Position numbers and translations under genes: made by a program | Source of the DNA: Thermodesulfobacteriota bacterium | GTDB lineage: Bacteria; Desulfobacterota_D; UBA1144; Nemesobacterales; Mycalebacteriaceae | Reading direction: 5' to 3' | Assembly: GCA_965205855.1 (NCBI GenBank) | Contig: OZ242184.1 | Coordinates: 822,570 to 886,569, forward strand | DNA: 64,000 nucleotides | The notes under the pieces: model-generated | What the model was told of the DNA's origin: nothing | Database searches by the model: none | The model's input: only the letters and a program-made list of their open reading frames with translations | In this document: one piece after another, positions 32,691-42,401 of the stretch | Layout of the letters: every line of letters starts with the position of its first letter | Numbering within the stretch: the first letter of the stretch is position 1

Positions 32691-35600
32691 TCAATCTTTA
32701 TTTTCCGCCTTAAAATGCTTCGCCTCGCCAATGAGCGCCTCTATTTCCTCTCTTTTGCTTGTCGTAAGCCTTCTCAAGCCAACGCGATTGACGATGTAAT
32801 CCAGAGGGGAGTGCCGGTTACGGTCAGCGGAAATAGCATCTAGTGCCAGGCCGAGCTTTTCTGGATAGGGAACCTGTTCCCAAGAGCGTTCTTCACCGCC
32901 AAATTCAAGGCCGCGAAACTTGAGTACTTTTTCAGGTGGCTGATGATGCGGCCAGAAAATGTTTTCCCCCGACGGGCCTTTTTGAATTCGGCGCTTTTTG
33001 TGAACTGCTGCCCTGACCGTTTTTTTGATTCGAGAACCGCTTCTCCGGAACCCATGCAATCGTGCCATCTTCTGGCAAAGATGTTCGTGGGTGATCGGCC
33101 CGAACCGGTCAATGATGTCAGTGCCCAAGTCCATCAGGGTAGAGCGATATTCGTCATCGTAGAAGGAATCCGAATCGAGTCTTCGATTTCCCTGTGTAGA
33201 ACTCCTGCCATCAAGCCGATCAGCTGCGGGTAGTGAGCTCCGTGGTTGCTCAATTGAGTTTTCCCTATCTTGCCCGGTTTGCTGAATTTCCCTATCGTGC
33301 GGCGAATTATGGGGCCGCGTGCGCGCAGCTTTGGGTGCCCGCTCCACTTTTTCCACGACAGCTGTTCGGAGATGGTTGCCGATCAGGACGTCAATTTCGT
33401 CGCCTTCTTCAGTTCCCAGGAGTGCTTCGCCCAACGGCGTAAAAGTGCCGACAATGCTGTTCGACGGATCGTTGTTTCGATCGTCCAGTGTCACTTTCAG
33501 AAATTCATCAGGGTCGTCCAGGTATCGAACCTGGACGGTGTCTCCAGGGCCGACGCCTACGCCGAAACCGTATTTTTCTTCTTCGGTGGCTTTTTGGTCA
33601 TCGTCGGATACCTCGCTGAGCTCATCATCTTCGATGGGCTGAACAATGGCAGTCGATTGCGTTTCCAGTGAAGTTTCGGTGAATTTATCAGCATTTCTTT
33701 TCAGATCTTCCATGCGTTGAGTAATAACGCCCCGCAGTATCTCGGCTTCGCGAGGAGGGTCATTGAACCAATCCGTCGACCAAATCCGGTGGAAATGCCA
33801 CCCGAGGCCCTCGAGCACCTCCTGGCGAAGTCTGTCGCGGTCTCTGGCGGATTTCGAGGAATGATAACTGGCACCGTCGCATTCGACCCCAAGAATGTAA
33901 CCGTGGGGCCAATTCGGATGTTTGACGCCGATATCGATAAAGTAGCCAGCAACGCCGACCTGTGGTACGGCCCCGCATCCCATCGCTTTAATCTGGTCGA
34001 TTACGAAAACCTCGAACTCCGAGCCAGGCTCCCCGGGGGCATGTGTCCCGCCTTCGAGTACCCCGGTTTCCGAGTAGTCGAGCCACCGCTTGAGCATGTA
34101 GGTTCCTGGGTTGCCGTTTTCATCCGCACGAATATCTGCAGCGGTCATTGATGAGAAAGTGATAATCTGCTCTTTGGCGCGTGAAAAGAGCACGTTCAAA
34201 CGGCGCTTACCTGCAAGTCCGTTGATGGGGCCAAAACGCTGCATGACCGGCCCGCCAGTGTTTTCGGATCCATAGACGGTTCCAATAAAAATTACGTCCC
34301 TTTCGTCGCCCTGAACATTTTCGAGATTCTTAATAAAGAAACTCTCAAGCCCATCGTTCTTCTCGTTCCAATAATTAACATAGTCTGCAGCCTTCTTCCT
34401 TGTCCTTAAAGCATCTTCCATCTCCTCGATCATCAGGTCTCGCTGTTTCTGATTCAGCGTGACGATACCGAGAGAGCGATCCGGGCTCCGTTCCATGAAA
34501 TCCAGCGCCGCATCGACCATCACCCGGGATTCCGGCCCGTTTATTCCCGATTGGTAAATACCGTCGACAGAGACGCGAGACACGCCCATGTCCTTGCGGC
34601 CCTCATGGGCGGAGGGAAAAACGATCAGCTTATCGTCATAAACGAGTTTGTTGGAAAACTTGATCAAGTCCGAATGGCGTGATCGATAATGCCAGCGGAG
34701 CTGCCTTTTTGGTCTGAACGCAGCGTTTGCCAGTTCGAGGATCGACTCATCCAGCACGGTCTCGTCCTCGTCCTCCTCGTCGATCATCCTGCGAAAGAAG
34801 GTGGTAGGGGGCAGTTGATTGGTGTCCCCAACGATCATCGTCTGTTTCGAGCGGATCAGCGCACCGAAGGCATCTTCGGGTGGCATTTGTGACGCTTCGT
34901 CGATGATGCAAAGATCGAACTCGACCGTGCCTCGGGGAAGGTATTGTGCAACGGCCAGCGGCGACATCATCCAACAGGGCTTCAACTCCTGAAGGGCTTT
35001 ACCTGATCTCTCAGCAAGGGCGCGCATGGGGACAAACCTTTTTTTCTTGCTTATTTCGTTTTCGATGAGCGCCCACTCAGTCAATTCAGATTTTTTGCCC
35101 ACTCGTATGCCTGGCGGCGGATTCGCAGATTGTTGAATGCGCTGTCTGATCATCTGTCTTGTAGATTGGATGATCTGCTTGTCCGCATTTGCGAGCTTTT
35201 CGCGTAGATCATCCAGTTTTGACCCATGAAAACGCCCTAAAACGGAATTAAAATCGTGATCGCGATAAACGCGCTTTGCCAGGCTCCTTGCAACCAGGGC
35301 ATTGGCGATTTTCGGGAGATCAGAAAGCGGGATGCAATTTTCCTGACAGATGTTCGCGAGTTTGGGGTGTCCGAATTTCGCAAAAGAATCCAGAGCAACT
35401 GCGTATTCGGAGCGCTTGTACATCTCTTCAGAATTATGGACGGCCTGTTTCAGGAAGTCGGCTATTTGAGCATTCGTCCGACCTGTACGGAAGTGGGCGT
35501 CATTCTGGCCTGTCAGGCCGGACAACGCGTTGAGCCGATTCGCCGCCATGCTTGATAAATTTAGATACTTTTCCAGTTGAGAACGGAAATCTGCAACTTT

Positions 35601-38600
35601 GTTATCGCGGATCAACTTGACGATGAGTTCTCGCCATTCTTCCACCGCTGGCAACACGGTTTTCGCAATGGAAAGTTCCGGTTCCGCGTCATTTGCGACG
35701 GTATCATGCCCACTAAACTGATCTTGGAGCAATGCTCGCACCGGCTCCTTATCCGTTAATTCCGCATGAATTTCGTGCAACCTGACAACATCACTCCGGA
35801 GCACCTGCAATCCGACGATGTCAAGCCGGTCCGCTGCGGGAATGTCCGACAGAAGTGTAGACAGCTCTTGGATTCCCGACTCGAAAGATTCTTTGCGCCG
35901 GGTTAACTCGTCAATTCGTTCCAGCAGGCTCTCGTAGTCTCCCTCCCATTCGGGAAGGGAAATCTTCGGGATAGACACGAGCAGATCCAGAGCGCCATGC
36001 TTCAGAACGTCACGGATCGCCAGCTTTTCTACACCGGGGAGCCTTTGCTCAACGACTTCGAAGAATTTCAGAAGGTTCCCGAAGGAAACGAAGTCGGTAT
36101 CAAGGCCCAGGTTGTGGAGTCCAAGGACACTGTCCAGGGCAGGCAGCTTGAAAAACCGGTCTTTTTCGTCAAGCCAATCAGACAACGCTTTGAGATCCGA
36201 TGCCGCAGAGACCCTGTCAAAGCGGGCCGCATAGGCAAGTTCCATATATGCTTGCTTGGCAGACCGATAGGACGGCGAGAGAAAACCAAACATCCCGGCC
36301 TCAGCGATCTGGCAAGCATGTTGCCGCAGGTGCTGAGGGTCAGTTTCCGTCTTTAGAGAAACCCGCGTACCCAAGTCGACCGCTGACCTTTTTAATTTCT
36401 CGCCGAGTTCGCAGACTTGCCGGATGACGATGGCAGCCTCAGGCGACGCGGTTGTTTCGTTCCTAAGTGCAAGAGCGGCACGGTCGGTCTTTTCGATGAT
36501 GCCAGCCGCACATTGGAGATCACATATCAAGAAGTCTCGGCACTCAGGAAATGCTTCAAGAAATGGCCTTAGTTTCGTGGAGAGAGCCTGGAGATCTTCG
36601 AGCTTGCTATTGTCTGCACCTTGCCTGCTTTCAAGCTCCTTGAGGCTGAGGGTTTCGAAGTCGTGCGCCTGACAGACACGTTCAATTTCGGTAAGCCGTT
36701 CATTCCAGACCGCGTCCATTGGCTCTCGGACGCTTCTTCCGATTTCATCAATGCGGTCGCGCAACGCATTGCAATCGGAAATGAACTGCTCGATATGATC
36801 GACCGAATCTTGGTCTAACAGCCGATCCACCAGATCTGCATCCGGGCGAGCTCCGGTAAGCTCCACACCATTAAGGCAGGATTTCAGAAGATCCAGATCC
36901 TGTTCGTATTGAGAACTCTCCATTCCCATATCGTTCAACGCTTGTTCCAGAACACTCAAGGAATGGAAAGATTTCTCCGCCGCGTTGGCAGTTTCACCAA
37001 TTTTCTCGACATCAAACTTACTGATATTCTCGACGCTCAAGCCTCGCCAGTAATCGCCGACGTCCTTCAGTTTTCCCCATGCACGCCCGAGGGATTCTGC
37101 GGCGCTGATAATGTTCTCAACCTGAGACGAAGACATGTCCTCGATTTGGTCGAAGTCGATGTCTCGAATTTCTTTGGGCAAGTTGTCTAGAATCTCGTGG
37201 GTGGCGATATTCTTTCCCAATATCTCATGGACGGAGAGCTCCGAATTTCCGAACTTCCTACCGATAACGGAAACGTATTCGGCGAGCTCTGCCCGATACT
37301 TGTTGAAATTCTCTCGAATACTTTCGAGATCGTGGTAATTACTCACAGTCTCCATCTCAACCCGGCCCCGAATCGACTGGATCACCTTTTCCTTTGTCGA
37401 ACGTTCGGCTTGAAGCGGTAGGACGAATTCGCCAAGGCCCACGGATTCGAGGCGCGATTTTACAATCTCAAGAGCGGCCATCTTTTCGGCCACGAAGAGC
37501 ACTTTCTTGCCAGAGCCCAACGCACACGCAATCGCATTCACGATCGTCTGGGATTTCCCTGTCCCCGGCGGCCCTTCGACTGCGAGGTTCCTTCCTTCGG
37601 CCAGGTCGACAAGTGTGCTGAACTGCGAGGAGTCCGCGTCCATAACAACGTATGGCACTTTTTCTTCGATTTCGGGGGCATCCATTTCATATTCCTCCTC
37701 GAACGGGGTCGCGGAGGAAGCTTCTGTACCGATAAGCATCGTCTCGATAATGTCGCTCTGTTCAAAAGTCGCACTGGATGTATCAAGATCGTGATACATT
37801 GCCATTCGAGAAGACGGGAAAACACCAAAGACAACTTGCCGGCGCACGCGGATATTGAGGTTACTGGGCAGCGCATCAGCGACGCGTTTCAAATAGTCCT
37901 CGACGGAACCGCCTTCGTAGCCTGGAAGTTCAATACCGAAATCTTGCTTAAGCTTCTCCGCAAGCACCAGATTCGTCTCGGCCTCATCGCCGCGGCCGTT
38001 AACCCGGAACTCCAGACCTTTGCGCGTTTTTTTCTTTTCCAGTTCGACCGGGAGAAGGACTATCGGAGAGAAGTAAACCCTGTCTTCCTTCGGTTCCTTC
38101 CATTCGAGAAAGCCGAAAGCTGCATGCAACACATTGATGCCGGATTCCTGAATCCATGTCCGGGATTTCGCCAAAATTCCATTCAGTTTCCGTTCGAACT
38201 CGCCGGGAAGAAGGAGAGTCTGGATATCCTCGTCAGTATGACGCCCGTCTTCATGTTCTTCCTCTGGCAGAGGAAGGTCGTAAGACGGGGAGATGTGATT
38301 GTTCTTTGCGTGCTGGGATAGTGACGTATCCCCCTGCTCTGCTCGGGGCAACATCCCCAGCTGCTCTCTTACGCGATCCTTCAGGTCACGGTCTATTTGC
38401 TCTTCGCGGTCGAGCGCCTCCGCCGCATCCGGATCGAGGTTTTGCAACTGCTCGAGATAGGCTTCGCCGACGGCACGGGCTTGGCTAAGCGCATTTCGGA
38501 ACTCTCGCGTCTGCTCGTCTTTTGGATCGTCTTCGAGGGACGGCAGGGGCACAAAGCGCATCGGTTTTTGGAGCGAGAGGTTCGCCATAAGCACGTCCGG

Positions 38601-38765
38601 CAATTCATCAACGATTCGTGCAAACGGTCCTCGCCGACCCAAATTCGCCGATATCAGAGGGTTGCGGCGCGTAAGATCAAGCAGTTTTCGGCGTAGATTC
38701 TCTACCTTGTCTTTCAGTATCTGGACAAACCCCTCTTGATCTGTGCTGTTTTCGACTCGATCCAT
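32691..38765 (-). CDS. giant (2024 aa) DUF4011-like / Upf1-like SF1 helicase / Vsr-type PD-(D/E)xK endonuclease / GreA-C-like multidomain protein; candidate Hhe-like defence helicase-nuclease
   Basis: N-terminus RRKLLDLTRRNPLISANLGRRGPFARIVDELPD (DUF4011-like). Walker A VEGPPGTGKSQ at aa ~398. After an ~880-aa coiled-coil-rich insert come DLCIIDEASQM (motif II), MIVGDTNQLPP, GIVTLNQKQRD, VQGDERDVIFIGTV and RLNVLFSRAKEQI. Next is a DUF559/Vsr-like block GYFIDIGVKHPNWPHGYILGVECDGASYHSSKSARDRDRLRQEVLEGLGWHFHRIWSTDWF, then a GreA-C-like segment GDTVQVRYLD...IVGTFTPLGEALLGTEEGDEIDV. Confidence 0.85.
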   Translation of the reverse strand: MDRVENSTDQEGFVQILKDKVENLRRKLLDLTRRNPLISANLGRRGPFARIVDELPDVLMANLSLQKPMRFVPLPSLEDDPKDEQTREFRNALSQARAVGEAYLEQLQNLDPDAAEALDREEQIDRDLKDRVREQLGMLPRAEQGDTSLSQHAKNNHISPSYDLPLPEEEHEDGRHTDEDIQTLLLPGEFERKLNGILAKSRTWIQESGINVLHAAFGFLEWKEPKEDRVYFSPIVLLPVELEKKKTRKGLEFRVNGRGDEAETNLVLAEKLKQDFGIELPGYEGGSVEDYLKRVADALPSNLNIRVRRQVVFGVFPSSRMAMYHDLDTSSATFEQSDIIETMLIGTEASSATPFEEEYEMDAPEIEEKVPYVVMDADSSQFSTLVDLAEGRNLAVEGPPGTGKSQTIVNAIACALGSGKKVLFVAEKMAALEIVKSRLESVGLGEFVLPLQAERSTKEKVIQSIRGRVEMETVSNYHDLESIRENFNKYRAELAEYVSVIGRKFGNSELSVHEILGKNIATHEILDNLPKEIRDIDFDQIEDMSSSQVENIISAAESLGRAWGKLKDVGDYWRGLSVENISKFDVEKIGETANAAEKSFHSLSVLEQALNDMGMESSQYEQDLDLLKSCLNGVELTGARPDADLVDRLLDQDSVDHIEQFISDCNALRDRIDEIGRSVREPMDAVWNERLTEIERVCQAHDFETLSLKELESRQGADNSKLEDLQALSTKLRPFLEAFPECRDFLICDLQCAAGIIEKTDRAALALRNETTASPEAAIVIRQVCELGEKLKRSAVDLGTRVSLKTETDPQHLRQHACQIAEAGMFGFLSPSYRSAKQAYMELAYAARFDRVSAASDLKALSDWLDEKDRFFKLPALDSVLGLHNLGLDTDFVSFGNLLKFFEVVEQRLPGVEKLAIRDVLKHGALDLLVSIPKISLPEWEGDYESLLERIDELTRRKESFESGIQELSTLLSDIPAADRLDIVGLQVLRSDVVRLHEIHAELTDKEPVRALLQDQFSGHDTVANDAEPELSIAKTVLPAVEEWRELIVKLIRDNKVADFRSQLEKYLNLSSMAANRLNALSGLTGQNDAHFRTGRTNAQIADFLKQAVHNSEEMYKRSEYAVALDSFAKFGHPKLANICQENCIPLSDLPKIANALVARSLAKRVYRDHDFNSVLGRFHGSKLDDLREKLANADKQIIQSTRQMIRQRIQQSANPPPGIRVGKKSELTEWALIENEISKKKRFVPMRALAERSGKALQELKPCWMMSPLAVAQYLPRGTVEFDLCIIDEASQMPPEDAFGALIRSKQTMIVGDTNQLPPTTFFRRMIDEEDEDETVLDESILELANAAFRPKRQLRWHYRSRHSDLIKFSNKLVYDDKLIVFPSAHEGRKDMGVSRVSVDGIYQSGINGPESRVMVDAALDFMERSPDRSLGIVTLNQKQRDLMIEEMEDALRTRKKAADYVNYWNEKNDGLESFFIKNLENVQGDERDVIFIGTVYGSENTGGPVMQRFGPINGLAGKRRLNVLFSRAKEQIITFSSMTAADIRADENGNPGTYMLKRWLDYSETGVLEGGTHAPGEPGSEFEVFVIDQIKAMGCGAVPQVGVAGYFIDIGVKHPNWPHGYILGVECDGASYHSSKSARDRDRLRQEVLEGLGWHFHRIWSTDWFNDPPREAEILRGVITQRMEDLKRNADKFTETSLETQSTAIVQPIEDDELSEVSDDDQKATEEEKYGFGVGVGPGDTVQVRYLDDPDEFLKVTLDDRNNDPSNSIVGTFTPLGEALLGTEEGDEIDVLIGNHLRTAVVEKVERAPKAARTRPHNSPHDREIQQTGQDRENSIEQPRSSLPAADRLDGRSSTQGNRRLDSDSFYDDEYRSTLMDLGTDIIDRFGPITHEHLCQKMARLHGFRRSGSRIKKTVRAAVHKKRRIQKGPSGENIFWPHHQPPEKVLKFRGLEFGGEERSWEQVPYPEKLGLALDAISADRNRHSPLDYIVNRVGLRRLTTSKREEIEALIGEAKHFKAENKD

Positions 38766-39136
38766 TTTTGTCTCTTTACTCAGTTGTTTGACTGTAACAT
38801 CAGCCTATGGGATTAGTTTGACATAGAGTGATTCATCGTCAAAATATCCTATAGCCACTGCCTATTAGCGACGATTATGCGATTTTTTGAGATGCTAGTT
38901 AAGGGGAATCTAATGAAATTCATAGCCACGCTGGCGACTCTGCCCAGAACTGCCGACCTGCTGACTCTATCAAACATCGATCCTTATTTTACAACATGTC
39001 ATATGACTAACAGAACTTGGACCTCGGCTCACACAGATCTAAATTTCTTGTTCCCAAATAACATCAATCTAGATCCTATATAATCAAGCACATCAACACT
39101 ATATCGCTTGTGGTGGCGACTGGAATACTGAGATTA

Positions 39137-40345
39137 GAGACCTTTGCACGGACACATTGTAGAGTTTATCAGTTCTTCAAACGGGCTTTTTTTTGAGAAA
39201 AATGCCCAAAAAGCACTCAATCAGCCGTATTGGTTGGCCGATTAGCCCATCTTTCCACCCCTTTTTCATTTTTTAGGCGCAACTTGCCTGCTGAAGCGAT
39301 AAACCCCGCTTGATATTGTCGGCGACGCACATCAACTCAAAGCGCGTGCGGTTACGGCCAAGACCCAGGTAGCGGGCTTTGCCCATCCCGTAGTGTAGCT
39401 TTAACACCCCAAAGACACGTTCCACCGTACAGCGTACCCCCGAATGAAGCCGGTTAAACTTCCTCCCCTGTGCATCCAACGGCTGGTTGCGATAAGCCAC
39501 GTTTGATGATCCGATTATCTATCTGTCGCTCCGCCAGCCACGGGTCGTGAGCCTGACTACGATAAGCATTATCCGCATAAACCGCCGTCTCATCGCCGCT
39601 TAATAAATCCGTAAAGCAGTTGGAATCATGCACATGACCCGGGCTGTAGTCGGTTGACTTAATGAACCCATCTTCATCCACATTAATGTGCGCCTTGTAA
39701 CCATAGGTACTTTTGCGCTTTCCATCCGACCCGGCTTTCACATTCCAGCCGACCTCGGGGTCTTGGGTCGAATGACCTTCCTGGTTCTTGTGGGGACGGC
39801 ATTGCTTCGCTTCAATCACACTGGCATCAACAATACTGACCCCTCCCGATTGGATGTAAAGCCCTTGTTCGCTCAATTGAGTGTTGATCTCACCCAGGCA
39901 CGCATCCATCAAGGATAAGCGCTCCAGCGTTTGTCTAAACCGCCACAACGTCGCGTGATCCGGCACCGATTCTGAAATGTCCAGACCGGTGAAGCGACGA
40001 AACAGCAGATCCCGTGCCAATTGCTTTTCCAGTGCCGGGTCACTGAGTCCGTACCAGCTTCGCAGCAACAAAGCTTTAAACATCATCAATGGTGGCCAGG
40101 CCTTCTCGCCCCGAGGGTTTGAATGAATACCTGAAAGCTGTTGCTCCAGGCGCGACCAATCGATTAATTCGTGCACAGCATCCAGTTCTTTGAGCGCATC
40201 ATGATCGATCAACAGGCCATCCGTCAAACTGCGTTGCCTGAGGTTTTTCCAGGCCATTTCTTCTCCAGTGGAGGGGTATAGTGCTTGGGCGGCCTATTAT
40301 CTCAAATCCTCAACGTAGGTTCTTCTGGTTTTATGCAAAGGTCTC
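39137..40345 (-). mobile_element. full-length IS5-family insertion sequence (copy 2, ~1.2 kb) with terminal inverted repeats GAGACCTTTGCA
   Basis: Inverted-repeat-left GAGACCTTTGCAcgg at 39137 and inverted-repeat-right tatGCAAAGGTCTC ending at 40345. The internal transposase is in the same orientation as copy 1. Confidence 0.8.
39273..40257 (-). pseudogene. IS5-family DDE transposase, split by a frameshift near 39480-39500
   Basis: ORFs 39454..40257 (...TAVYADNAYRSQ...IIKRG) and 39273..39500 (AYRNQPLDAQGRKFNRLHSGVRCTVERVFGVLK...) together make a typical ~320-aa IS5 transposase in two frames. Confidence 0.75.
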
Positions 40346-40370
40346 AATTTAAGAAATAAGAATAGTAATG

Positions 40371-40420
40371 GGGTCAGAGTAATATTTATCCCCCATGGTT
40401 TCTTAATTCGACTCTGACCC
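40371..40420 (-). terminator. perfect 10-bp inverted repeat GGGTCAGAGT...ACTCTGACCC (30-nt loop) followed by a T-rich tract on the minus strand; putative terminator of the 40437..41510 gene, abutting the IS end
   Basis: Seen directly. On the minus strand the hairpin is followed by CATTACTATTCTTATTTCTT. Confidence 0.4.
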
Positions 40421-40436
40421 TTATTGTTTCCTTTCG

Positions 40437-41510
40437 TTATTTTTCACTAATGATATATGGGAACTGTATTTTATAACGCATTGCATTGTTTGCGTTATCG
40501 TCAATTGCTACACCGGTCATTAGCTGTAATACCGTATTCATCGCATCGTCGTGCAAGGCACGTCCGTTAAGGCCGTTCACCGTATAATTCGCCTTTGTAC
40601 CGATTTTGTAATTCATAATATCCGGCATCACCATATCAGCCACCTTGTATGCATGTTTTTTTGCTACGGCAGGCTTTGCGCCAGCCACTGATGTCGCCCA
40701 AAAAACATTGTGAATAATCGTCTGGCGTCTTTCCGCAACATCTAAATCGGGACGATGTTGCCCATGATCTTCATGCACAGCGGGTGTATCAGAAAGAAAG
40801 ACATAAGGGAAAAGTACATTCGCGTGGCGATCAACCTGACACCACTCATCTTTGTAAAAAACTGATGTTGTTGTAAAAAACTTAACTTCACTCCCTAACA
40901 TTTTATTAGGAACATCCACCACAATAAAACTCGCCGTTGCACCTATAAATAAATCTCCATCTTCTTTAAAAATCTCCGGCGCAAAAGTGCCTTTTTGTTT
41001 AGCTGCATTAAATTTAGCTAATCCCACACCATTTCCAAAAAAAGGATCATTGCCTCTACCCACCCAAACACGCATGCCGTTTGATAGGTTTATTTTTTTA
41101 CCCACCTGCCCATTACCTGTCGGCTTTCCTTTTTCTCCCACTTTCGCATTGGGAGTATCTATTTTTGAGATAGAAACGTTTCCTTTTTGAAAAGAGAACA
41201 CCAGTGTCATACCTTTTTTAAAAGCCATATCTTGCGCAAAATGAAGATTATAAAGCCCACCTTGAGCAAACACTACACCAGCAGGTGACGTGCCTGTTCC
41301 TGGCTGACTCGGATTAGATGAAGAGATAAAAGAGGTATACCCCTTATTGCTAGACTGGAACACATAAGTGTCATTAAGATCATAAGCAGGATACTTGCCC
41401 TGCAAACCCGATATAAAGTGCCCAGAAGCATGCACAGTACCCACCGCATAAGCTAAACCTAATAATGCGGTTACAAATATAAATCCACTTTTTATAATAC
41501 TATTTTTCAT
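40437..41510 (-). CDS. secreted hypothetical protein (signal peptide; possibly DUF4331-like)
   Basis: N-terminus MKNSIIKSGFIFVTALLGLAYAVGTVHA is a Sec signal. It is a G/N/K-rich mature protein with ...NGRALHDDAMNTVLQ... and lies in an AT-rich (~38% GC) segment. Confidence 0.5.
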   Translation of the reverse strand: MKNSIIKSGFIFVTALLGLAYAVGTVHASGHFISGLQGKYPAYDLNDTYVFQSSNKGYTSFISSSNPSQPGTGTSPAGVVFAQGGLYNLHFAQDMAFKKGMTLVFSFQKGNVSISKIDTPNAKVGEKGKPTGNGQVGKKINLSNGMRVWVGRGNDPFFGNGVGLAKFNAAKQKGTFAPEIFKEDGDLFIGATASFIVVDVPNKMLGSEVKFFTTTSVFYKDEWCQVDRHANVLFPYVFLSDTPAVHEDHGQHRPDLDVAERRQTIIHNVFWATSVAGAKPAVAKKHAYKVADMVMPDIMNYKIGTKANYTVNGLNGRALHDDAMNTVLQLMTGVAIDDNANNAMRYKIQFPYIISEK

Positions 41511-41567
41511 ATTACATACCCTCTTTGATTATTAATTTTGATTATTAATATAGGGGAATTATATACG

Positions 41568-42398
41568 ATGTTAGCCATATTTAATAACATTCCTGACCAA
41601 AGTATCTGGACTGCCTACCAGCATTACATCAAACTTCAGGGATGGTTCAACCCGAGCGGACTGGAACTCATGGCGCCTAAGCACAATGGGACTTATGCAT
41701 GTAGGCACTGGCGAGGGACCCCAGATTATTCAGATGCAAATGACAACTACTTTCCACATTACAAACTATCCGTGGATGCAACGGAAGAGACTCTAATAAA
41801 AGATATTGAAAACTTAAAAAAAAATCTCAAAGAGGGTCTGCATGCAAATCTACAACTGAATGTTTTGCTATATTCGCTTCACGCCTACAAACCGCTCCTG
41901 CAAGCAAGGCAAAACTGCCCCGTGCGCATAAGCCCTGTTGCCTTAAACAAAGACGAAGCGGACTTTGTTGAATTTCTGGTTCAAGTTGTAAGAAGCGAAG
42001 ATATTGACAAGGAGATTTATCTGATGCGCAACCTGACCAAAGGGAAAGGCATTTCCTTCTTTGACACCCACTCTTTTTATCCTGACTTCATACTTTGGAT
42101 GAAAGACGGTAAAAGACAGGACATTCTCTTTATAGACCCAAAAGGTCTTCAAAAGTTTGACAGAAAAACCAAATCCAAAACGGGTTTGCACAAGCAGATA
42201 AAAGAAACAGAAAAGAAGATTCAAAAGAAAAATCCCAAACTTTTTCTTCACTCCTATATCTGGTCAACAACCCATCCTCAGGACATTGGTTCCGATAAGA
42301 ATCTCACGGAAGAAGAACTCAAGAAGTCGGGAGTCTTCTTTGCTTCAAATAGAAAGTCTGAACTTAAAGAACTTTTGAACCATGCTCTCAAGAACTGA
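41568..42398 (+). CDS. hypothetical protein with a PD-(D/E)xK-like nuclease motif
   Basis: Translation ...[37 protein letters not shown]... (PD ... D-x-K). ATG at 41568 is preceded by GGGG. The ORF-track TTG start at 41538 is less likely. AT-rich sequence with a K-rich C-terminus. Confidence 0.5.
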   Translation: MLAIFNNIPDQSIWTAYQHYIKLQGWFNPSGLELMAPKHNGTYACRHWRGTPDYSDANDNYFPHYKLSVDATEETLIKDIENLKKNLKEGLHANLQLNVLLYSLHAYKPLLQARQNCPVRISPVALNKDEADFVEFLVQVVRSEDIDKEIYLMRNLTKGKGISFFDTHSFYPDFILWMKDGKRQDILFIDPKGLQKFDRKTKSKTGLHKQIKETEKKIQKKNPKLFLHSYIWSTTHPQDIGSDKNLTEEELKKSGVFFASNRKSELKELLNHALKN

Positions 42399-42401
42399 CC
42401 G

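Noticed and set aside
32279-32713. 144-aa plus-strand ORF spanning the IS end / island junction
   Set aside because: It crosses the IS terminus and the 3' end of the giant gene on the opposite strand and has no motifs, so it is likely spurious.
38877-39083. 68-aa ORF in the AT-rich region upstream of the giant gene
   Set aside because: No RBS or motifs. The region more likely serves as the promoter/5' UTR of the helicase-nuclease gene. I could not pick convincing -35/-10 boxes, so no promoter was called.
39454-39500. Programmed -1/+1 frameshift in the IS5-family transposase
   Set aside because: I know of no programmed-frameshift mechanism in IS5-family elements and no slippery heptamer is evident. 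Copy 1 is also truncated. Mutational decay is the simpler reading.
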